64,000 bases of DNA. It comes from Candidatus Latescibacterota bacterium (lineage in GTDB: Bacteria; Latescibacterota; UBA2968; UBA8231). Below the pieces are notes generated by a model. The model made no database searches and was not told the DNA's origin. It saw only the letters and a list, made by a program, of their open reading frames with translations. The DNA lies in the NCBI GenBank assembly GCA_965242865.1, contig CBDETK010000013.1:4704001-4768000 (forward strand), read 5' to 3'. Positions 36,899 through 44,404 of this stretch are shown here, one piece after another. Each line of letters begins with the position of its first letter. The first letter of the stretch is position 1. The position numbers were made by a program, and so were the translations under genes.

Positions 36899-37852
36899 CT
36901 ACTGGACGAAGGTCTCCTTGACGCGGCCCCAAGAATCGTCCTCAACCGAGGTTCCTGTCGGACCAGCCTGATCATCCACAAAGACATAGTTGGCGAACTC
37001 GGACATATTGCCACCCGCCCAAGCCACGCACTGGATCTGGCCGCCATAAGCGTCTTCGCCATCGGGATCGATCGGCAGCCAAGCAAAGCCCATCTCCGAG
37101 CCAACCGTGGGGGCTTCGTAGAGGTTTCCGTTGCGGAGGAAGGTATCCCACGGCAGCTTGCCTTCAATCACGTAGTCGGCGTCGCCATCTTCGCCGAACT
37201 CGGAGCCGGCGTCGCGGAAGCCGTATTCAAACCCATCAATCGCGTCGGGGTCGTGGACATCCACGCGCGCCATATCCACAGTGGTGATTAAGCAGACAGA
37301 CCACTCGTGCGAGCCAAAGGGCAGAGCCATGAAGTTGACCACATTCAAGTTGACGAACTCTCTGGTCGGGTCACCACCGGGGTGATCTTCATTATTCAGG
37401 TCGAGGTAGAGAGATATGCTGTCGCGCTCCCACCAAGCCCGAGCTTCACCCCCGCCCTCGGTGTCTCGGACATTGTCGCTGACCTCGGCGAGATAGTACA
37501 GGGCATCGTCGTCCCACGCCTGTAGGATGACCGACTCGAAATCGGCGTTGGTGCGGCCCTCGCCTGCAACCTCGGTCTCGCCGTTTTCATTGAGCTGGTT
37601 GGTGCTGACTTCGCTAGCCTGCTGCTCGATATTGCGCCAGCCATACTCTTGACCATCGAGCTGGATCTGGTCTGGCGAGCAGGGAAATTCCAGCGCACCA
37701 GCCCACTCGTCAGCCACGGTTGCGCGGTCGCCATCGAGCGTGGGGGCTTGGGTGAACTTGGGCAAGTCGAAGTAGCGCACAGGTGGCTGGGCGCTGGCCA
37801 GCGTCGTAAAACAAAGGGCCGCAATAGCGACCAAAAGAGCCAACTTCTTCAT
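36899..37852 (-). CDS. Exported CBM9/DOMON-like sugar-binding protein
   Basis: Signal peptide; APTLDG..DEW, AWDDDALYYLAEVSD, DSISLYLD and YVIEGKLPW; C-tail SVEDDSWGRVKETFVQ. Confidence 0.72.
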   Translation of the reverse strand: MKKLALLVAIAALCFTTLASAQPPVRYFDLPKFTQAPTLDGDRATVADEWAGALEFPCSPDQIQLDGQEYGWRNIEQQASEVSTNQLNENGETEVAGEGRTNADFESVILQAWDDDALYYLAEVSDNVRDTEGGGEARAWWERDSISLYLDLNNEDHPGGDPTREFVNLNVVNFMALPFGSHEWSVCLITTVDMARVDVHDPDAIDGFEYGFRDAGSEFGEDGDADYVIEGKLPWDTFLRNGNLYEAPTVGSEMGFAWLPIDPDGEDAYGGQIQCVAWAGGNMSEFANYVFVDDQAGPTGTSVEDDSWGRVKETFVQ

Positions 37853-37901
37853 TACTGCATCTCCTTAGCTGTGAGAAGTGGACGAAAAATTTGAAGGGTT
37901 T

Positions 37902-37930
37902 ATAGTAAATTCTCGCTAAAAGGCTGTCAA
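37902..37930 (-). promoter_or_regulatory. Sigma70-type promoter at the head of the envelope locus
   Basis: TTGACA-17 bp-TACTAT on the minus strand, upstream of RBS TAAGGAG. Confidence 0.7.
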
Positions 37931-37974
37931 GAAAAAAGTTGCTCTACATGCGTCTTCTGCATTCGTCTGCGTCC

Positions 37975-38356
37975 CCTATCGTTTGTAGCCAATAAAGGCC
38001 AGCGGGGGTGGTAATCAACCTTTTAACAAGATGCTTACAAGCAAGCCGACCAACGCGACAAATGTTCCGATTTGAATACCAATAAGCCAGTCAATCCGCC
38101 GGTTGACAGCGGCGAACTCTCGCTGCATGTCTTGGCGTAGCACGGCAATGTCTTGGCGCGTATCCTGTCGCAGCGCGGCAATGTCCTCGCGTTGGTGAGG
38201 CTCGATCCGGTCCAAGCGGCGCTCAATGGAGTCGAGCCGCTTGGATAGCTCGGCCACGACGCTGGGCAGCGGATCAGGATTTAGTTCGGGGGGAGTGGTC
38301 ATGATCTGCAACTCCTATCGTTTGTAGCCAATAAGGCTAGCGGGGTGGGTGGTAAT
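37975..38356. repeat. Direct repeats of about 42 bp (37975-38015 and 38314-38356) bracketing the small gene
   Basis: CCTATCGTTTGTAGCCAATAA(A)GGC(C/T)AGCGGGG..GTGGTAAT at both sites. Confidence 0.85.
38015..38302 (-). CDS. Small coiled-coil protein with C-terminal TM helix (DUF1640-like)
   Basis: EDIAALRQDTRQDIAVLRQD repeats followed by WLIGIQIGTFVALVGLLVSILL; RBS TAGGAG. Confidence 0.7.
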   Translation of the reverse strand: MTTPPELNPDPLPSVVAELSKRLDSIERRLDRIEPHQREDIAALRQDTRQDIAVLRQDMQREFAAVNRRIDWLIGIQIGTFVALVGLLVSILLKG

Positions 38357-38451
38357 TCTGAGACTTCTGTCTGTTTATAGACAGAGCTACTATTATAAGA
38401 TAGTTTCTAAACAAAACACAGGTTTTCCACCGAGATCGCGCATTCAATCCC

Positions 38452-39483
38452 GTGAAACCTCTCTTCCTCATCGGATGGGCCGCCATCCTATTCGGCAACC
38501 AACCAGCCAACGCCCAGCCGCACATCTACACCATCGGCCTAGTCTTTACCGATCTCGTCGATCAAGAGGCCCTGCCCGTCCACCTCGCCGATCAACACCC
38601 CCTCTTAATGCGGGAAATCGACCGCACACTCAGCGACCTCTTTGCCGGCATGGGCCGCTTTCGCGCCGTGCGCTTGCCGAGCAGCGGCGAGGCCCGCGAT
38701 CCTGTATATCAAGGGGAAGAATCCGTCGATTACATCGCCCATTTCATGCTCAACAAGGCTTATAAAACATACCACAACAAGGTCATTCGCTACGAGAATT
38801 TGGGCCTGTTCGACGACGGAAGGCCGAGCGAAGACCGTTCTTATGAAGTGATTTCCCTGCCCGCCATCGTCGCCCAATTCGAAGTCAAGCTGGAGGACCC
38901 GCGCCGGGACAGAATTTTTTGGTCGGACTTGCGCGACACGTCGGCCGTGATACCTTATGACAATCAGCTATACCTTTATAATAGTTGGAAGTATCCGGGC
39001 GCGTCGCATCCGAGTTTGACGCGCGCTTTCCTAGCCGACCTCCTCCGGTTGCAGATGGCTAATCCCTCCACAGAACGCGCCCTGAACGTCGCCGAGCGTT
39101 GGTTTATCTCCAAGCCCAGTAGCGACCTCGCCGTTGCCCGAGGGGTGTTAAAGGGGCTGGCGGACCATCTAGCGCCCGACCTAGACGCGAATTTGCCGCT
39201 AGAGGGCCGCATCGCCGCCCTATTGCCCACGCGAAAAGGCAAGCCCCACGTCCGGCTCAACATCGGCGCTCGGCACGGGCTGCTAAAGCGAATGCGGTTC
39301 GAGGTGTGGCGGCCTAGGCCATCGCAGCAGAAAGTCGGGCAAATAGAGGTGGTTGAGATAGACTCCACTACGGCCATCGCTCGGCTGCGAAAACTCGACA
39401 AGGCACTCAAAAAACGCGGCGATGGCCTACAAATCCAAGACCGAGTCATTTCCCCCAAACGCCCTTTAAGGAGGTCACTATGA
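38452..39483 (+). CDS. Exported hypothetical protein (FlgT-like C-terminal beta domain)
   Basis: Signal peptide ANA|Q; LEGRI...VRLNIGARHGL...FEV...VGQIEVVEI. Confidence 0.6.
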   Translation: MKPLFLIGWAAILFGNQPANAQPHIYTIGLVFTDLVDQEALPVHLADQHPLLMREIDRTLSDLFAGMGRFRAVRLPSSGEARDPVYQGEESVDYIAHFMLNKAYKTYHNKVIRYENLGLFDDGRPSEDRSYEVISLPAIVAQFEVKLEDPRRDRIFWSDLRDTSAVIPYDNQLYLYNSWKYPGASHPSLTRAFLADLLRLQMANPSTERALNVAERWFISKPSSDLAVARGVLKGLADHLAPDLDANLPLEGRIAALLPTRKGKPHVRLNIGARHGLLKRMRFEVWRPRPSQQKVGQIEVVEIDSTTAIARLRKLDKALKKRGDGLQIQDRVISPKRPLRRSL

Positions 39484-40682
39484 GTAAAAAATGGGTCTCC
39501 ACGCGCTTTGCCTCGCCCGCTCAAGGCTTCGACCTTGACAGTCTGGTCCGCCGCCTGCGCCGAGGCTTTTATATCGCCCTAGCCTCGGCTGCGGCCCTCC
39601 TACTCGTCGTCGTTGCGATCAACCCCTTTGAGCAAGACGAGAAAAAGACGCCTCGCCCCCTGACGACCAAGTTCATCAAGCGCGAGCCGCGCCTGACCAA
39701 GCCGCTGGAGTTGCGCAAAATCCCCCAGCCCAAGCGTCAGCTCGCCCGCCGCGAAGTCCAGCTCGCGCAAGCGCGCATGGATCAAGTACAGGCTACGGCC
39801 TCGTTCAATACCCGCAGCCTCATCGCCGGGGTCAGCGGCTCGGGGATTCGCCTGTCTGGGCAATCCGCCTTCAGCCCCACGGGGACCATGACCATTGAGC
39901 CTAAGCTGACGGCCGCGGCCGTGACCAGCACCCGCACCTCCGAGCACAAAATCGACATGGGTCTAGAGATGCTCGACGTCAACGACATGGACACCGGTCG
40001 CTACCGCGCCATTATCGTCCAAGACGCCACGGACAAGCAGGCCATCAAGGGCTTTGTCAAGATGGCCCAAGTCGTATCCTCGCGGGCATTGGCCGGCAAC
40101 GCCGGGCTCAACGTCAAAACCATTGACCGGCTGCGCGATGTGGTCAACGAATACACTGGCCTCAAGGCCGAATTCCTCGGCTTTGTCACGTTCGACGACC
40201 CGCGGCTAATGGAAGTACCCATCATCCTACCCTACGGCTCGCCCAACGAGACCGAAATGGCCAACTTGGCTCAGTACCTCAAGTCGGGCGGCTTTACCTT
40301 TACGTTTAACGGAATCTATGAAGAAGCCCTCGAAAAGTACGGCGGCCTAGTCCGCGGCAAGGACTTCTGGTCCGAGCGGCTGCCGGAAGATCACCCCGTC
40401 TATACCGCCTTTTTCGACCTAAGTGGAGGCATGCCTTTTGGCTATTCTCCCTCGCTAGGGCAGGGCAAGTCGGGCGTCAGGACTTGGAACTATCTGCGCG
40501 GCCATTACATCAAAGGTAGGTTAGCGGGCGTCACGCCCGGCGACACCGGCGGCTGGGGTTGGCAAAACGACACGCGCGGCGGGGACTCAACGCGCCAGCT
40601 ACAACTGGCGGTCAACATCATCATCTACGCCCTGACGCAGGAAGGCTCCATTACCCAACGCCTAATGCAGATGGTCAACTAG
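39480..40682 (+). CDS. Membrane-anchored DUF4159-domain protein
   Basis: Single N-terminal TM and linker; LAQYLKSGGF, LPEDHPVYTAFFD and LAVNIIIYALTQ. Confidence 0.75.
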   Translation: MSKKWVSTRFASPAQGFDLDSLVRRLRRGFYIALASAAALLLVVVAINPFEQDEKKTPRPLTTKFIKREPRLTKPLELRKIPQPKRQLARREVQLAQARMDQVQATASFNTRSLIAGVSGSGIRLSGQSAFSPTGTMTIEPKLTAAAVTSTRTSEHKIDMGLEMLDVNDMDTGRYRAIIVQDATDKQAIKGFVKMAQVVSSRALAGNAGLNVKTIDRLRDVVNEYTGLKAEFLGFVTFDDPRLMEVPIILPYGSPNETEMANLAQYLKSGGFTFTFNGIYEEALEKYGGLVRGKDFWSERLPEDHPVYTAFFDLSGGMPFGYSPSLGQGKSGVRTWNYLRGHYIKGRLAGVTPGDTGGWGWQNDTRGGDSTRQLQLAVNIIIYALTQEGSITQRLMQMVN

Positions 40683-40761
40683 TCGCCCAATGCCCTCTTT
40701 GTGCCTTTTGTGCCTCTTGTGGCCCTCTATACCAAACCAAGGCAAGAATCAGCCGCACTAC

Positions 40762-41580
40762 ATGTCCAAGCTCGCCCTAGCCGGCCTGTGCGTCGGCCTC
40801 TTGAGTTGCGCCGCCCAACAGGCCGAGTACTACATCGACCAACTCGCCGATCCACGACGTCAAGTCCGCCTCGACGCCAGCCATGCCTTGGTCCAACTAG
40901 GCGGCGCAACTATCGAGCCATTGATGGAGCGCGCGGCCACGGGCAGCGATACCCTGCGCTACATTGCCGCCCAAGTCCTCGGCCAAATCGGCGACCGGCG
41001 CGCCATCCCGTTCCTCAAATCGCTCCTCCGCGATGAAAACCTCCATGTCCGCGAACAAGCCGTCCGCGCCCTCGGCCAGCTCGACGCGCCCCAGCTCCAC
41101 CCCACCGTAGCCAGCGTCCTCGCCGGCGACTCAGTGCCCGAGGTGCGCGGCGCGGCCGCTTGGAGCTTGGGCAACCTCCGCGACACCACGGCCGTGCCCT
41201 CGCTGGTGCGCGCCTTGGCAGATACCGTGCCCTCGGTGCGCCGACAAGCCCTCGCCGCGCTGCAATTTCTGTGGACATCGGCCGCCGAAGCAGCGGTCCT
41301 CAACGCGCTCAGAGACCGCGACGCCAACGTGCGCTACGTCGCCGCGCAGCTATTGGGGCACCACCGAACTCACCGCGCCTTCGACGCACTGTGCCTCGCC
41401 TTGACCGACGACAATATCTGGGTCCGCGTGGAGAGCGCCCGCACCCTCGGCCGCATCGGCGACCCCGCGGCCGTGGCCCCGCTAGAACGCCTATTCGCCG
41501 AGCGCGAAGGCCCCGACCACGAGGCAGCAAAAGAAGCATTGCAACTGCTCACGGGCCTGAACTACGCAGTCGCCCCGTAG
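40762..41580 (+). CDS. HEAT-repeat lipoprotein
   Basis: LLSC lipobox; repeated LxDxxxxVRxxAxxALGx. Confidence 0.88.
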   Translation: MSKLALAGLCVGLLSCAAQQAEYYIDQLADPRRQVRLDASHALVQLGGATIEPLMERAATGSDTLRYIAAQVLGQIGDRRAIPFLKSLLRDENLHVREQAVRALGQLDAPQLHPTVASVLAGDSVPEVRGAAAWSLGNLRDTTAVPSLVRALADTVPSVRRQALAALQFLWTSAAEAAVLNALRDRDANVRYVAAQLLGHHRTHRAFDALCLALTDDNIWVRVESARTLGRIGDPAAVAPLERLFAEREGPDHEAAKEALQLLTGLNYAVAP

Positions 41581-41781
41581 CCTTGCGCGTCTCGCCGCTG
41601 CTTTGCGCCGCTTCGTCATCCCGCGCACGAACGTCACCCCGTGCTCCGACACGGGGCGGGAATCCAGTCGCCCCGTAGCCGTACGCATCTTGCCGCTTTT
41701 TTGCGCCGTTTCGTCATTCCCGCGAAAGCGGGAATCCAGTCGCCCCGTAGCCTTGCGCGTCTCATCGCTGCTTTGCGCCGC
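41567..41781 (+). repeat. Three ~45-bp direct repeats alternating with two REP palindromes
   Basis: CAGTCGCCCCGTAGCC...TTTGCGCCG at 41567, 41665 and 41737; REPs at 41615-41667 and 41713-41739. Confidence 0.85.
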
Positions 41782-43426
41782 GCTGCTTTGCACCCCCCTA
41801 CACGCCCAGCCCCAATTTAGCGACCAAACCGCGGCCGCTGGCATCACTTACCGCAATGTATTCGGCGGGCCAGAGAAGCAGTACATCCTAGAATCCCACG
41901 GCAGCGGCGCGGCCTTCTTCGACCACGACTCCGACGGCGACCTCGACCTCTACATAGTCAACGGAGCCACCTTTGCCACCTACCGCGACCGCTCAGGGCC
42001 GGGCAACGCGCTCTACCGCAATCGCGGCGACGGAACTTTTGTGGAAATCACCCGAGCAGCCGGGGTCGGCCACGCCGGTTGGGGCGGGGGCGCGGCCGTG
42101 GGCGACATCGACAACGATGGCCACCCAGACCTCTACGTGACCAACTACGGGGCCAACGTGCTCTACCGCAATCGCGGCCGCGACCGCTTTGCCGATGCGA
42201 CCCGAGCAGCAGGCGTCGGCGGCGATCAATACAGCGCCAGCGCGGCCTTCTTCGACTACGACCTCGACGGCGACCTCGACCTCTACGTGGCCAACTACGT
42301 CGTCTTCGATGCCGAGCGTCGGCCAGCCAAGCCCAAGCTCTGCACCTTTTTCGGCGGCCTCCGCGTCTATTGCGGCCCCAAAGGCTTGGTCGGCGCACCG
42401 GATGTGCTCTACCGCAACGAGGGCGACGGCGCGTTTACCGACGTCACCCAAGCGTCCGGTGTAGCCGCGGCCAATCGCTATTACGGCTTGGGCGTAGTGC
42501 CGGCCGATTGCGACTCCGACGGCGACCCCGACCTCTTTGTCGCCAACGACGAGACGCCCAACGTGCTCTTCCAAAACCAAGGCGACGGCACCTTCCAAGA
42601 TGTCGCCCTCATCGCGGGTGTGGCGTACAACGGCGATGGCGACGTCGAAGCGGGCATGGGCGCGGACTTTGGCGACTACGACGGCGATGGCGACCCCGAC
42701 CTGTACGTTACCCACTTTTTTACCGAGACGAATACGCTCTACCGCAACGAGGGCGGCATGCGGTTCGCGGACGTCACGACCACGGTCGGCCTCGCCGCGC
42801 CCACCGTAGAGTTGTTGGGCTGGGGAACGCGCTTTTTCGACTACGACAACGACGGCCGCCTCGATCTCTTCGTCGCCAACGGCCACGTATATCCGCAGGT
42901 TGACCCCGCCACAACCGGCACTACGTACCGCCAGCCCAACCAACTCTTCCGCAACGAGGGCGCCGCCGGCTTCGTCCCCGTACCGGCCGGTCCGGGGCTA
43001 GCCCAAGCCAAAGTCAGCCGCGGCACCAGCTTTGGCGACTACGACGACGACGGCGATATCGACCTCTTCGTCGTCGAGCTCAACGACGCGCCGACTTTGT
43101 TGCGCAACGATGGGGGGAATGCGGGAAATTACCTCGTGGTGCAGGTCTTGGGGCGCGAAGACAACCGCGCTGGGGTCGGCACCCGCATCGGCTTGCTGGC
43201 GGCCGGCCAGCGCCAATGGCGCACGGTCAACGGCGCGGGCAGCTACCTGTCGCACAGCGACTTGCGCACTCACTTTGGCTTGGGCGCAGCCCAAACCATC
43301 GACCGCGTCGAAATCACCTTTCCCAACGGCAGCACCTACGCGGTCGAAACCGTGCCGGCGAACAAGCTCTTAGTCGTCTGCCAAGGGCAGGGCCACGCCC
43401 TCCGCGAACTAGGCGCGAAGCCTTAG
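41753..43426 (+). CDS. CRTAC1/ASPIC-UnbV family FG-GAP repeat protein
   Basis: Probable TTG start at 41753 with a signal peptide; repeated DYDxDGDLDLYV; GSYLSHSD...HFGLG. Confidence 0.9.
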   Translation: MRVSSLLCAALLCTPLHAQPQFSDQTAAAGITYRNVFGGPEKQYILESHGSGAAFFDHDSDGDLDLYIVNGATFATYRDRSGPGNALYRNRGDGTFVEITRAAGVGHAGWGGGAAVGDIDNDGHPDLYVTNYGANVLYRNRGRDRFADATRAAGVGGDQYSASAAFFDYDLDGDLDLYVANYVVFDAERRPAKPKLCTFFGGLRVYCGPKGLVGAPDVLYRNEGDGAFTDVTQASGVAAANRYYGLGVVPADCDSDGDPDLFVANDETPNVLFQNQGDGTFQDVALIAGVAYNGDGDVEAGMGADFGDYDGDGDPDLYVTHFFTETNTLYRNEGGMRFADVTTTVGLAAPTVELLGWGTRFFDYDNDGRLDLFVANGHVYPQVDPATTGTTYRQPNQLFRNEGAAGFVPVPAGPGLAQAKVSRGTSFGDYDDDGDIDLFVVELNDAPTLLRNDGGNAGNYLVVQVLGREDNRAGVGTRIGLLAAGQRQWRTVNGAGSYLSHSDLRTHFGLGAAQTIDRVEITFPNGSTYAVETVPANKLLVVCQGQGHALRELGAKP

Positions 43427-43586
43427 AAGCGTTCTTAAAACTCATATTGCTTTTGGCTCGTCTTGCCTGACGACTCGTACGGTCATTCCCGCGCAAGAAC
43501 GTCACCCCGTGCTCCGACACGGGGCGGGAATCCAGAAAAGGACCAAGCCAAGTCAGAGACCGAAACCCTAGTTTTAAGAACGCTTC
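43426..43586. mobile_element. MITE (IS5-like ends) enclosing a composite REP
   Basis: Perfect 17-bp terminal inverted repeats GAAGCGTTCTTAAAACT / AGTTTTAAGAACGCTTC with a TTA duplication; REP at 43482-43535. Confidence 0.82.
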
Positions 43587-43655
43587 TTAGAAGTAAGCAG
43601 GTTGCGGCTTCTGCGTTTAGGCTTTTATTTAACGACAGCAAAGAACCTACAATCA

Positions 43656-43828
43656 GGGGCGGCCCCCGTGCCTGCCCGTTAGAATCCCGTTGGGGCAGGC
43701 CCCCGTGCCTGCCCGTTAGAATCCCGTTGGGGCGGCCCCCCGTGCCTGCCCGTTAGAATCCCGTTGGGGCAGGCCCCCGTGCCTGCCCGTTAGAATCCCG
43801 TTGGGGCAGGCCCCCGTGCCTGCCCGTT
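43656..43828. repeat. 37-bp tandem repeat of a REP-like hairpin (about 4.7 copies)
   Basis: Unit GGGGCAGGCCCCCGTGCCTGCCCGTTAGAATCCCGTT. Confidence 0.9.
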
Positions 43829-44404
43829 ACAGCGGCAAATTTGGCACGATCGGTTGGCAAATGAACGAGACGATGGTTAAGCATTTCACATCAGGCAGGG
43901 GCCTTGCTGTGGGGCAAAACCCTGTTGGGTGCTTGGAATCGTCGTCGGATTTAATGTGTCGTAAGTCCTTGAAAAACAACGACTTACCCCCCCCCCCCCC
44001 CCCGAAAATTCTCCGCTAGCACCAAGCACTAAACTCTCTACTTCTCAGCATAGGCCGACGGATTGTGCGCGGCTGTTGGGCGGCGCGGCGGTCTGGCCGC
44101 GTGGCTCCAAACCGCACACGGCCGGTCGGCCTTCGTCTGTACGCCGTGTCCTTAGGCTGGGGTCTGTCCAAAGTATCGCCCTAGGGCGAGCCCGGCCGCG
44201 CCATTCCTCTTCTTCCTCACGATACGACCCACCACTCGCCTCCTTAATGATCGGGGGCATCCTGTCCTCGTCAAAGGCGAGACGCCCTCCAGCTCGGATT
44301 CATCGAGAACAGCGGAAAAGGCGACCGCAAAGTAGGGGGCGTGTATTCGGCCCCTCTTCCAACCTCCACACCATTTCTTCCCCAACCATACAAAGGAGCA
44401 AAAA

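Noticed and set aside
41567-41781. Repeat-spacer-repeat pattern as CRISPR
   Set aside because: The repeats are copies of a coding junction and the spacers are REP palindromes found elsewhere in the window.
43656-43828. 37-bp repeats as a CRISPR array
   Set aside because: Units are head-to-tail with identical linkers and no unique spacers; this is a tandem REP-like hairpin.
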